Shown here: in pieces, positions 1-12,718 of the stretch
Numbering within the stretch: position 1 is the stretch's first letter
Layout of the letters: every line of letters starts with the position of its first letter
Assembly: GCF_006345805.1 (NCBI RefSeq)
Contig: NC_043011.1
Coordinates: forward strand, 9,300,001-9,364,000
Length of the DNA: 64,000 nucleotides
Source of the DNA: Octopus sinensis
Lineage: Eukaryota
Reading direction: 5' to 3'
The notes under the pieces: generated by a model
The model's database searches: none
Told to the model about the DNA's origin: nothing
What the model saw: only the letters and a program-made list of their open reading frames with translations
Position numbers and translations under genes: made by a program

Positions 1-115
1 CCTGTTGCCCTACCCCTAACTTTACTCCTCTCTCTTTCTTCTACAATATATGAGTGTGTGTGTATACTCATATATGTTTGTATGTGTACGTATAGAAAGA
101 TCCGACAGAAGGAGA

Positions 116-161
<46 letters not shown>

Positions 162-639
162 TCTCCTTCTGTCGGATCTTTCTTTCTTCCTCCCTGTCTT
201 TCTACTATTTAACTCTCCCCTTCCTTCTCTCTCTCTCTCTCCCTCTTTTCCCCTTCTCCCTCATTCAGCAGACGACCCAATCAAGATGGCGAACTGCTTG
301 CTGCACAAAATAGAGATTTACAACTTTCACTGCCATTTCTCCATCACATAAACAAGATCTACTTACATTATCTAATTTCAAGCTATTTTATTCCAGTCAC
401 CTGGAAATCGGAACCTCCTACATCCAGCTACTTTTTTCAACCATTCTACTTATTTTCTCTTCTCATACATAACTCTCATAGACTCACTTACTCTTTCTCT
501 CTCATTCTTCATCTCTCTCCACCTCTGTCTTTCTTTCCCTCTCCCGTTCCTTCTCTTATCTCTCTCTCTCTCTTTTTCTTTCTCGTTAGTGTTTCTTTTC
601 TATCACGGGTTAGAATTGCTTTTTCTTACGTAATATTCG

Positions 640-763
640 TCTTCTTCTTCTTCTTCTTCTTCTTCTTCTTCTTCTTCTTCTTCTTCTTCTTCTTCTTCTT
701 CTTCTTCTTCTCTTCTTCTTCTTCTTCTTCTTCTTCTTCTTCTTCTTCTCCTCCTCCTCCTCC
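640..763. repeat. (TTC)n followed by (CTC)n microsatellite
   Basis: Direct reading of the pyrimidine tract; explains the poly-R/E ORF at 603-884. Confidence 0.95.
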
Positions 764-1570
764 TTCCTTTATTTATCTGTCTCCTACTCCCCTCAGCCAT
801 TCTCCCTTCTGTTTCCACTCCCTGCCTATAATGTTCTTCACTTTTCTTCTTTCCTTTATTCCGACCTTCAGCCAATTCCGTCATTTATCCCCTCCCCTGA
901 CCCAAACCCTTCAGTTCGCTTAATATTTCATTGACCCATCATCAGAACTCCGAGGACAGGTGATGTCCACCAAAGTGGGATATGAATTCAGATCATAGAA
1001 AAACAAAGTTAAAAAAGTTAAACGTAAATTCCTCCCCCACCCTCTACCAACTTCAGTTCACTTGATATTAATTTCTTCCTTTGACACAAGACCAACTTGG
1101 AGTATAGATGTTTGGTTGTTACTAATATGGTCCTGCTACTTACGCCATGGACATAGATGGATTACCCATACCAACTTGTACAAGCAATAATACTAACGAG
1201 TCAAAACCCTAAAACTAACTGCTTTTATAACCACCAATACTTACTATTAAAACTACTAATACTAATTATTATAACGAACTATACTAACTGCTACACCTAC
1301 TGATACTAATTACTTTAACCCTTAATACTAACTACTCTAACATCTAATACGAACTACCAATACAACTAATACAAACTAATGTAACAAATTCTTTACCAAT
1401 AACCTGGCTTTTGTCTTCTCATTGCAGTAAATATAGCTGGGGTGGCTCAGAAGCAAAATACAGGGTGGGAAAATGAGAAAATAAATATGAGAGAAAGTTA
1501 ATAGTGACGTACTGTGAGGGAGAGAAAGATATCGACGTTTCAGAATGTTTTCCTTTGTCGAGGAAGACGA

Positions 1571-1616
<46 letters not shown>

Positions 1617-3358
1617 ATTTCTTTATTCACCATAAGGTTGAGAAAAAGAAGGGACGATACGAGGACAGACAAAACAAACATTGGGGTCAGGGTATCGAAT
1701 GAGACGAAATGTATAAATAAACAAGCAATTAAATGATAATGAGGGAGAGAGAATGAATGCTTTAGAAGGGATAAAAGCAACGTAACTTCCATTGTGACCA
1801 ATACAGCCATGGAGATCTACTGCAGTCATCAATACTAACTGTTATAATCATCAATAACTTTTTAGTACCCACATTAAATTTTATAGCAATCAGCAGCTTG
1901 TATAGATATTAATACAAACTAATATTGTCAATTATATGAAGAAGAAATTGCATGGTTATTAGGTAGGACTGTATTTCTCTTGAAGTTCAGTGTTGTGCAG
2001 CAGAGATGTGGTTTTTGCTTCCATCGTACGATAACTAGAGCGAGGAAACATACTTTAATATGTTAACATCATCAGAAAGCAAAGCCGTTTTAAAAACAAA
2101 ACAAAAAATTTATTATTACATTAGTAAATACTTCATAAAGAAACTGTGTTTTCCTGTCTTCGGCAAATTATCGGTTAACTGATTGGAGACCGATACAACC
2201 GATAAAACATACAAGCAAACAAACCCTAGAAATATAAAGTCAATTTTTTGGTGGCTGAAAATTGATGGCTGGAGTAAAATTTATTGAGGCTACTGTGGCA
2301 CACAAATAATCGTAGGGATAAAGTAGTAGGCGCTCATACATACATACAAACATATAAGAACATATATGGTCTCACACACACACACACACATACACACACA
2401 CACACAATTCTCTAATAGTTTGATTCGGTTGCATGAAACTTAGTTTCATAGACTTGTCAAGCCGTATTCGGTTCTACGTGCCTGATGAGGTAGGTTTGTT
2501 TAACCATGAAACAGTAATTTAAATGAAGTCGAATCAAACTGTCATCAAACAATATCTGTAAATCCTGTCATATTTGATGAGTGTCACTTTTTTTCGTAAT
2601 ATAAATATAACACACACACACACATGTATATATGCATGTATACACGCATGTGTTTGTATGTATGTGTGTATATATAGATATTTTGAAGAGGTCTTAGGCC
2701 AACAGGTTTTCGGGTCTGACGGTACGCCACAAAGCTAAACCCTTTATGGCCGGCCTTCTCTATCATATATATATGTATACACTCACACACACACATATAT
2801 ATATATCCGTGTATACATATGCAACAGCTTCATACAGAGTTAGGTTTGCTCGTGCATGCGCACATGTGTGCGTATGTATAAGTAAACCTGAATCTATATT
2901 CATTTGCTCGTGCAAAAAGGAAAGCTGTAAATAATGGATCTTAAATATGTACGCCGGAAGCAGTAACTTGGAATGAATGCTGGTGTATAATGTAGGGTTA
3001 GGTAGGAAGGCGTCAAGTTTAAGATGTGTGAAGGGGTTAAGACGCAGGTAATACTTATCAACCGGCTTTAAAGCTTCAGTCAGTTTCATTTTTACCTAGT
3101 TGTAATGACGTGTGCATCCCAAGGGAGATAATCTCCGATCTTAGGTTCAGTTGCCTTACGACAGTAATAACAGTGTATAAATAGAAGTAATGGATACGTC
3201 ACCTGTGGGTTTTATAGACTGTTATAGCTTAGGTGAAGACTGAAGGCTGCAAAGCAAAAAATAACACTGGGGAAAAGAGAAAGAAAGTAATAAAAGCTTT
3301 AAGAATATCCCTATTTTAGGGGATGAAGGAAGCTTCAATTCATGTGAAATTAGCATAC

Positions 3359-3429
3359 TGTGTGTGTGTGTGTGTGTGCGCGTGTGTGTGTATATTTATA
3401 TATATATATGTATATCTATCTATCTATCA

Positions 3430-3496
<67 letters not shown>

Positions 3497-3528
3497 ATCT
3501 ATCTATCTATCTATCTATCTATCTCTCG

Positions 3529-3577
<49 letters not shown>

Positions 3578-3612
3578 GTATGTATGTATGTATGTATGTA
3601 TGTATGTATTTT

Positions 3613-3672
<60 letters not shown>

Positions 3673-3738
3673 TGTATGTATGTATGTATGTATACGAAAA
3701 TTTTCATACAAGGTATGTATATACGTATGTATGAATGC

Positions 3739-3823
<85 letters not shown>
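3359..3823. repeat. Compound microsatellite (TG)n/(TATC)n/(CT)n/(TA)n/(TATG)n/(TATC)n
   Basis: Direct reading. Confidence 0.95.
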
Positions 3824-3932
3824 GACTAACTCTAATGCACCGCAGTTTGACGATGGGTTAGCTGGGCGAAAACTTCGAAGTCACTGTCAACAACATTCTT
3901 GGATAAGAATAATGAATTTGTACTCCACAAAA

Positions 3933-4322
3933 GTAAGAAGCTAGCTCCCCGACCACAAGGTTCCGGGTTCAGTCTCTCTGCATGGCACCTTCTACTATAG
4001 ACTCGATCCGATCAATGGATTCGGTAGACAGAAACTGAAAGAAGCCCGTTGTATATATATATATACATACACATACACACACACGCACATACTCACATAT
4101 GTGTGTGTGTATATATATGTATGTATATATATATGTATATGTATATATACATATTTATGTATGTATATATATATATATATATTATATTAAATTATATACA
4201 TATATATATATACATACACACACACACACATACATACTATATATATATATATGATACATCTCAAAATAGCGTCACTAATATATATATATATTATATATAT
4301 ATATTATATATATATATATATC

Positions 4323-4357
<35 letters not shown>

Positions 4358-4590
4358 CAGGGTGTGTGTGTGCGTGTATGTATTTGTGTGTCTGTGTTTG
4401 GCCCACACCATCGCTTGACACCGATATTGGTGTGTTTACGTCCCCGTAACTTAGCAGTTCGGCGAAACAGACTGATGGAATAAGTACTAAGCTAACAAAG
4501 AATGAGTCCTGGGGTCGATTTGTTCGACTAAAGGCGCTGCTCCAGCATAACCGCAGTCTAATGTCCGAAACAAGTAAAAGAATAAAAGAA
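3933..4590 (+). mobile_element. tRNA-derived SINE, family A, with expanded internal (TA)n/(CA)n microsatellite
   Basis: Degenerate head (GTAAGAAGCT...GGTTCCGGGTTCAGTC), body GGTAGACAGAAACTGAAAGAAGCCCG, tail CCCCGTAACTTAGC...GCTCCAGCAT..CCGCAGTC..GAAACAAGTAAAAGAATAAAAGA; same family at 5341, 12385, 30661, 40470, 43035. Confidence 0.85.
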
Positions 4591-4755
4591 CGTGTGGGTG
4601 TGTGTTAAATAAAAAAAAACAAGGCCAAAAAGAGAAAAGTAGTCTTACAGCTGTTTCAGGGAAGTAAATGATATTCCGTCAGCAAAGTGGAGTTAAGAGA
4701 CTTTCAATAGAATGAACTAGGAGAGTTCATTACATAAGGAGTTACTTTGGAAAAA

Positions 4756-4829
4756 GGAGAGATACAGGAACATAGAAAGGGAAATATGAAAATGTTCATA
4801 TTTCCCTTTCTACGTTCCTGTATCTCTCC
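4756..4829. other. 35-bp inverted repeat with 4-nt loop (hairpin)
   Basis: GGAGAGATACAGGAACATAGAAAGGGAAATATGAA-aatg-TTCATATTTCCCTTTCTACGTTCCTGTATCTCTCC; one mismatch. Confidence 0.9.
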
Positions 4830-4982
4830 GTATTCCATTTAACATATACACACCCTCACACGACCTGCCATAGACTCTTCATTCATATTATAGTTAAACC
4901 GGGAGTTTTACAATGGTCCTTCTGCAGCACTTACATAGGTTTACCTGCCTTTGTGGTCTGATACATACCAAAACCTCTCATT

Positions 4983-5024
4983 CATATATATATATATATA
5001 AATGTATGAATGCATATACATATA

Positions 5025-5077
<53 letters not shown>

Positions 5078-5231
5078 ATATACTATATATATGTATATAT
5101 ATATATATGTATATATACATATATATGTATATAGAAATATATATCTGTATATAGAATATAAATATGTATATATATATACATACATATATATATATATGTA
5201 TATATACATATTTATGTATGTATGTATATAT

Positions 5232-5292
<61 letters not shown>

Positions 5293-5340
5293 CCGATATA
5301 TATATATATATTATATATATATATATATAATATATATATA
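4983..5340. repeat. (TA)n/(TATG)n microsatellite
   Basis: Direct reading. Confidence 0.95.
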
Positions 5341-5714
5341 CTCTTTACTCTCTTTTACTCTTTTACTTGTTTCAGTCATTTGACTGCGGCCATGCGGAGC
5401 ACCACCTTTTAGTACTTATTCTATCGTCTCTTTTTGCCGAACGCTAAGTGACGGGGACGTAAAACCACCAGCATCGGTTGTCAAGCAATGCTAGGGGGAC
5501 AAACACAGACACACAAACACACACATACAAACATATATATATATACATATATACGACAGGCTTCTTTCAGTTTCCGTCTACCAAATCCACTCACAAGGCA
5601 TTGGTCGGCCCGGGCTATAGCAGAAGACACTTGCCCAAGATGCCACGCAGTGGGACTGAACCCGCAACCGTGTGGTTGGTTAGCACTACTTACCACACAG
5701 CCACTCCTGCGCCT
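5341..5714 (-). mobile_element. tRNA-derived SINE, family A (near complete)
   Basis: Reverse complement begins AGGCGCAGGAGTGGCTGTGTGGTAAG...GGTTCAGTCCCACTGCGTGGCATCTTGGGCAAGTGTC and ends in an (AAAAGAGT)-type tail. Confidence 0.9.
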
Positions 5715-5717
5715 ATA

Positions 5718-5763
<46 letters not shown>

Positions 5764-5830
5764 TAGCGCCCTTTTAAAGCCTAGCCAGGCTCATGGGCCC
5801 TGTTTCCCCGTTTCAATGTGTTCCCCAGCT

Positions 5831-6202
5831 GGGCGAATGTACTTGTGGAGTCAGCCTAAAGAAGCATTTGATCCAGACTGCCTTCTTCCAACAGTTAAAC
5901 GTGGAGGAGGATCTGTGATGATCTGTGATGATCTGGGGCGGCTATATCTTTGAAATCCGCCAGCCGAATGGCTTCCCTTCATGGCAGAATTAATAGTCAA
6001 AACTATTTAAGCATTTTATCTGATCAAATTCATTCTATGGTTGCAGAATTGTTTCTGGAGGGAAACGCAATCTTTCAGGATGATAATGTACCAATTCACA
6101 CAGCTAGAACTCAAGCTGTAATTACTGCCAAAGGCGGTCCTACTCCATTTTAAAATAAATTTGTTCGAAATTTTAAGGTGTTTCCATTATTTTGTCCAAC
6201 CC

Positions 6203-6205
<3 letters not shown>
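5831..6205 (+). mobile_element. Tc1-like DNA transposon remnant, internally deleted, with right TIR
   Basis: Translates to GRMYLWSQPKEAFDPDCLLPTVKRGGGSVMI..HGRINSQNYLSIL..IFQDDNVPIHTAR, then jumps to the C-terminal AVITAKGGPTPF*; ends GTTTCCATTATTTTGTCCAACCCCTG followed by TA in a (TA)n tract. Confidence 0.88.
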
Positions 6206-6282
<77 letters not shown>

Positions 6283-6354
6283 GTATGTATGTATATATGT
6301 ATGTATGTATGTATGAATATATGTATAATGTATGTATGAATGTATGTATATGTA

Positions 6355-6400
<46 letters not shown>

Positions 6401-7694
6401 GTATGATATATATATATAGTAGACAGATAGATAGATTGTAGATAGTGTATATATGTGTGTGTGTGAGTGCATGTGTGTGTGTGTGTGTAAGTGCATGTGT
6501 GTGTGTGTGTGTATCTATACGAACGGCGCTGTTATGTGAATTACTTATGAACGTATTTATAGCCAAGCAATGCATGTTGATATGCGATTAGATAGAGTTA
6601 CCTGACTGCAAGATATCTCCAAGATAAGGTTTAACAAGCAACTTGCCAACGACGCCTTCACTATAATTCTATACCTTAACTATTCCACGACGACGAAGGG
6701 AACAGTTTATGGGGGGAGGGAGGGGTTTGGGCACGAAACTGATGGTGTTGAATCGAAATTGCAGCCACAATTCCACCAACAGCACCGCTCACTCATCATC
6801 ATCATCATCATCACCAACATCGTCATCATCATCATCATCACCATCATCGTCATCATAATCTTCATCACCTCTGTTTTTGTCTAATACATTTATTATGCAT
6901 GGATTACATTTTGATGTTGCATCTTGCTAACCCTTGTGGCAAAGATTTGTAGGTCAGGAGGGCAAACGGTTCCAAAAATCACAAAGTCCCCGGCCCTCAT
7001 AATGTTTCCTGTTTTGCCTTCGGACACTGCGTCTCAATATTCGCGACTGAATCTTTAATAATGGCCAAATCTTTTGGGACAACATTTATGGGAGACAAAA
7101 GAGACAGCCATACATGCAAATACACACACCCACACATACATACACGTACACACACCCACACATACATACACGTACACACACATACATACACGTACACACA
7201 CCCACACATACATACACGTACACACACATGCGCACACAAATATTATGAAATAGATTAAAACATTACAAAGCCTTAGTGTGTATTAAATAAAACGGTAAAC
7301 ACCTTCTATGATATTGATGTGCGGAAAATATGGGGGGAGTATCCTGACGGACTGTTCCATTGTTTATTGGTGACTCATTGTAGCTTTGCAGCACTTAAAT
7401 TTATTCTAGTTCTTGATTTACACTATGTTATGCATAAAATAGATATTGTTAAATTAATGAAGAACCATTAGAAGCACAGATATGCAAATTAAGTTATGCA
7501 CCATGGTCTTAGCCTAATTTATAAGCAGGTGATCTATGATATTGATCGTAGAAGAATGCTGGGTACGTCATCTCTGAGGAGCAGTCAACAAACAAAGAAA
7601 CGTTCCATCAGGAGACTCCCCAGTCTATTTTTCACACATCTACAACACAGAAAGAATGTGTTTACATTCTTAATTAAAGTTTTGTTATAACGAT

Positions 7695-8085
7695 TTCAAG
7701 TTTTGGCATTAGGCCAACAATTTCGGGGAGGAGATGAATCGATTACATCGACCCCATTGTTCAACTGGTACTTATTTTATCGATCCCAACATGAATGATA
7801 AGCAAAGTCGACCACGAAGGACTTTGAACTCAGAACGTAAAAACGGATGAAATACCAATTTTTTACTGCTCACAAGGGCTACATCCAGAGGGGACAAACA
7901 AGGACAGACAAATGGATTAAGTCGATTATATCGACCCCAGGGCGTAACTGGTACTTATTTAATCGACCCCGAAAGGATGAAAGGCAAAGTCGACCTCGGC
8001 GGAATTTGAACTCAGAACGTAACGGCAGACGAAATACCCCTAAGCATTTCGCCCGGCGTGCTAACGTTTCTGCCAGCTCGCCGCT
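7695..8085 (-). mobile_element. Dimer of tRNA-derived SINE family B (two tail types)
   Basis: Two units sharing ATCGACCCC..AAAGTCGACC..TTTGAACTCAGAACGTAA; head (reverse complement) GCGGCGAGCTGGCAGAAACGTTAG...GAGTTCAAATTCC resembles A/B boxes; junction at about 7856. Confidence 0.85.
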
Positions 8086-9019
8086 TTAAGGTTTTGTAAG
8101 ATTAAAATCTCTGTTCCAATTTAGCCTGTATTGTGCATAAAATACTGTCCAAATGTAATACAATATTGCTGTATGCTGATCTATTATTGGACACATTAAT
8201 CTCTTATGTTTCTACTCACTGTGGCCACAACTGGCATCCTCATCCGACTCCTTTTGTATCTTACATAATTGTTATATAGAATTTGCAATGTTCTATGATC
8301 TGAAGTTCATCACCCAAATCAGATAAGGTACTATATTCCGATGTCTGCTGTTTATTAATATGGTCACGTTTTTTTTTAACAATACATTTATTCTTATATT
8401 AGAATTTAAAGAGTATAAAAGGCTATTCATTATTTTCTGTGGCAAAAGTGTCTTAACTGATGGGCAAACCACGTCTATTTATAAACAAGGCCTCGGCAAC
8501 AATATCAGATTATCTCTTATCTACCCATTTATGTTTATAAAGCTGAGAGAATCCTTGCACTGTTAATTTCAGCATTCTGGCGGAAGTCGTTCAGTAAAAT
8601 AATATTTTGGCAGTTTGGAGGAATGCTACGGCCAGAACCAATAACGATACCCGGCAGGCTTACATCAAAGTTGCAGACGTTGTGAATAAGTTAAAGAGCA
8701 ACATTCTTAAACTGACAAAACTCCGTGCTGCATCCCAAAGCGATGAAAATATTTTGACAAATTAAATTTAAATGTTGAAGTGAAGCTAACGGTTTTTGTG
8801 TGTTTCTTAAATGGCTTATAAACACCTTCCACGCTGCAATTGTGTTCGTTCCACCACACGATCTCAGATCAGGTCACTTGCTATGCATGTACATCTCCGT
8901 AATTCTTAAACTATTCTCTTTAAACATTTCTTGAAAGTGAAATTTATTGAACAATTCGAGGTTTCTAAGGTGTCAGTGAGAGCTAAGGTTAAGTGCCAAC
9001 GTCTATTAAGCTCTTGTCC

Positions 9020-9520
9020 AACCTCACTCACCCAATCAGTGATCCACTCGCACACTCACCTTCTCACTTATCCACTGACCCTTTCACTCACCCACTCACT
9101 CACCCACTCACTCACTCACTCAATCACTCACTCACTCACTCACTCACTCACTCACCAACTCACCCTCTCACTCAAGAACTAACCCTCTCACTCATCCACT
9201 CACCCTCTCACTCACCCACTTAGCCACTCACTCACCCACTCACCTACTCAACTCACCCACTCATTCACCCACTCACTCTTTCACCCACCCACTCACCCTC
9301 TCAATCACCCACTTACCCACTCAATCACACACTCACCCTCTCACTCATCCACTCAGCCTCTCACTCACCCACTCACAAATTCACTCGCCCACTTACACAC
9401 TAAACAACTCACCCTCTCATTCACCCACTTACCCAATCACTAACCCACTCACCCACTCACTTACCCACTCACTCATTTACCCACTCAGTCACCCACTCAC
9501 TCACCCACACTCTCTATCTA
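9020..9520. repeat. Degenerate (CACT/CACC)n tetranucleotide satellite
   Basis: Direct reading; explains the HSLT-repeat ORFs. Confidence 0.9.
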
Positions 9521-9657
9521 TTTATCTACACACACACCGCTCATATACTCATACATACAAATATACAGATAGATTGCATGTTTGTATATCAGTATACGCA
9601 AACACACACATGCATACACAAATACATAATACATAGAGACAGACAGACAGACAGACA

Positions 9658-9699
<42 letters not shown>

Positions 9700-9781
9700 A
9701 TATATATTATATTGGTTGGTGCATAATTGTTGCGGCTTTTTTTCCACAAATTTTATTCAGCAAAAACAATAACAACATTTA

Positions 9782-9877
9782 ACAAAAACAGCACTGCTTG
9801 GAACCGCTCAAATACTCCGGATGATACTCGAAAAATAAGGGGTGTTACCTTAGTTCACTGACACCGTAGTGCAATAC
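9782..9877 (+). mobile_element. R4/Dong-like RLE LINE 3' end fragment
   Basis: KTALLGTAQILRMILEK* (stop 9836-9838) followed by a (TAT)n/(AAT)n tract. Confidence 0.7.
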
Positions 9878-9926
<49 letters not shown>

Positions 9927-9945
9927 AATAATAATAATAATAATA

Positions 9946-9977
<32 letters not shown>

Positions 9978-10020
9978 AATAATAACAACAAAAATATTAA
10001 TAATAATAATAATAATAACA

Positions 10021-10228
10021 ATCACGTGTTGAGTCACATCCAGCATCCTAGGATGAGTGAAGGATAAGAGATGTTACAGAATGACTGAAAGCTTAGAGAG
10101 GGGAAGTGGAAGAGGCGAAATATCTTCATCTAATACAATACAGACATTTAAATTGATAGGGTTTTTCTTAGGATGTGGGAAATACTTATCAGCACAATCT
10201 TTTGGATTTCTCTGAGACATGGTTCTCC
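10021..10228 (-). mobile_element. R4/Dong-like LINE 3' end, inverted sister of the copy at 10566-10945
   Basis: Reverse complement contains GAGAAATCCAAAAGATTGTGCTGA..CCCACATCCT.AGAAAAACCCTA..CATCTCTTATCCTTCACTC, matching about 10718-10915. Confidence 0.75.
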
Positions 10229-10231
10229 TGG

Positions 10232-10565
10232 GATGAAGAAAAATAACAACAGGATCACTGTGAAAAAAAACAAAACAACTATAACGATTTGAAGAGGGAA
10301 ATGCGAAGGTTGTGGTCAATGAAGAGAGTAGACGTGATACCAACAGTAACTGATGCACTTGGAAGTATCAGCACTCAGCTACCAACATGGCTGAAAGAGA
10401 CTGGTGCAAGTGTAAAGGTAGAACAACTACAAAGATCAGCATTACTCGGAACTGCAAGAATTCTCCACAGGGTTCTTGAAGCATCACCAGTAACACAAGT
10501 GTCACCTTAGTCTGCTGGCTGTAGACAGCTGATACTTTCCATCATACCTAATAAGCTGTGAGACT
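10232..10565 (+). mobile_element. R4/Dong-like RLE LINE C-terminus and 3' UTR
   Basis: EKKQNNYNDLKREMRRLWSMKRVDVIPTVTDALGSI..VEQLQRSALLGTARILHRVLE, the typical RLE-LINE C-terminal signature. Confidence 0.8.
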
Positions 10566-10945
10566 AATAGAGAGTAAATATAAGGACCTAGAAATTGAAA
10601 TACAAAAGATGTGGCATCTTAAAGAGAGAACTGTTCCTGTGATTGTTGGTGCCCTAGGTATGATATAAAAAAACGGATGTCAGAAACGCCTAGAAAACAT
10701 CATAAGAGAACCATGAGAAATCCAAAAGATTGTGCTGACAAGTACCGCCCACATCCTTAGAAAAACCCTACCCATTTAAATGTCTGTGTTGTATTACATG
10801 AAGATATTTTGCTACTGCCTTTGTCGCCTCCCCTCCAAAGCTTTCAGTTATACTGTAACATCTCTTATCCTTCACTCGCCCTAGGACGCTGGGTGTGTTT
10901 CGGCAAGTGATTGTAACACACATGCAGATTAAAAATAAATAAATA
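10566..10945 (+). mobile_element. Second R4/Dong-like family C-terminus with (AAT)n tail
   Basis: SKYKDLEIEIQKMWHLKERTVPVIVGALGMI..EIQKIVLTSTAHILRKTLPI*; followed by (AAT)n at about 10962-11036. Confidence 0.8.
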
Positions 10946-10961
10946 ATTAAATAAATAGATA

Positions 10962-11036
<75 letters not shown>

Positions 11037-12384
11037 TCCTACGAAAATTACTGTCTATATAACAGCAAAACACATATGTGAAGCACATTTTCTGAACCAA
11101 TATTTCTTACGAATCCAAGGTACAAAATTAAAATACAAATCCCTCTCACCGAAAAACATTTGTTTTCCCGCGAAACATGGCAATTATCAACAATCCCAGT
11201 CATAATACCCAGATGAACTTATAACTTGTTGTCTCTTGAGGTCTCTGGGTGAGATTTGGTCTCTGCTCGTACAAACACTTGCCAAAATCCAATCATCATC
11301 ATCATCGTCATCATCGTTGTTGTTGTTGTTGTTAAGAGTAGCAGCAGCAGCTGCAGCAGCGTCCCTGGACGCGATAAATTTGCTATAATTAGCACCAGTC
11401 CATTTATTTCCTCTGTAGAATTTATGGTAATTTTAGAGGATTCTTTTCAACTGCAACATAATAACTTGCCTTAGATTTCTATAATCGATACTTAATAATC
11501 AATAAATCCCTTTTTGGAACAATCTATTTATTCCCTAAGATAATTCAATATTATTGATTGAGACTTCCATTTCCCCGTGACGGTACAACTTATATTTCTT
11601 TAGATTGATTCAATAAGTAGACGTAGATTTCTTGATTCTTCCGAGACAACCACCCCACCATTCCACCATTTTCTGACAAATATTCTTCATAAAAATCGAC
11701 ATTTCTATCAGTTTTATAGTCCAAACTTCACTTTCTTTTACTCGGATTACTAGTACAAACAATTTTGCCTTTAACAAATAATTTGTCATCTAAAACCATC
11801 GCATGATAGTTTCTTTTCCTTACTAGTCACCCCCGCCTCGCCTCTGCCCTTGCACCACGAGAGAATTTTGGCTCGACCAAACAATGAAATATTCTTCTTA
11901 AAATGCTCCAAGAGTATTACAACTATATTCCACACATTTTCTTCAGAGAATCAGTGTCTGAGATGGTTCAACATTTAGCAGCTTGCCATTGACATTGACG
12001 TTGAATTCTTGATGTCATTCTTCTAGAAGATTTTCTTCTTATCCTTGTAATACCCTTCCTCTGTCTCCTGCAGAGGCGAGATTGCCGATAAAATACCGAA
12101 CTACCTGCTTTATAGATCATAAATTCAAATCTACTGCAGATATTTCTTGATAGAACACCTCCTTCAGGCAGGTAGTGCTGCCAACCAACCTGTATATGCC
12201 AACTGTGGTAAAGTATTTTCATATCCAGATGAAGATAGATCAACCCTTCCTCAGTACCCCCGTCTTCAGAATTTAGAAACTTTTTTTACATTTCTTACCA
12301 AAATATCGGCAATATTCTATTCCTTGGTGCCGGTTAAACTGGAGTCAACTTCCTTCTTGACCCTCTCGTAGCTCCTATTTCTTT

Positions 12385-12712
12385 TCTTTTCATTATTTTA
12401 CTTTTACAGTCATTGCACTACTGCCATGCTGGAACACTGCCTTGAATAGTTTAGCAAAACAAATCGACCGCATACATATTTATAAGTTTCGTACGTATTC
12501 TATCGGACAGCTAAGTTACGGGGATGTCAAGTGGTGAATGGGGTCAAAGATATACGCACACAAATATACACAACGGTTTTCCATGCAGTTTCCACTTTCC
12601 AAATTCCTTCACAAGGAATTGATCAGCCCTAGGTCATAGCAGGAGTCGCTTACTTGCCCAAGGGACTGAACCAGAAACCACAAAGTTGTGAAGAAAACTT
12701 CTTATCTATGCC
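12385..12712 (-). mobile_element. Old degenerate SINE family A copy
   Basis: Residual motifs CAGTCATT..GCCATGCTGGAACAC, GCTAAGTTACGGGGA, CACAAGG, ACTTGCCCAAGGGACTGAACC. Confidence 0.7.
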
Positions 12713-12718
12713 AGCGAC

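Noticed and set aside
1180-1380. ACTAAT-like repeats resembling telomeric or mucin-coding sequence
   Set aside because: Irregular low-complexity tract with stops in the relevant frames; not a TTAGGG-type array.
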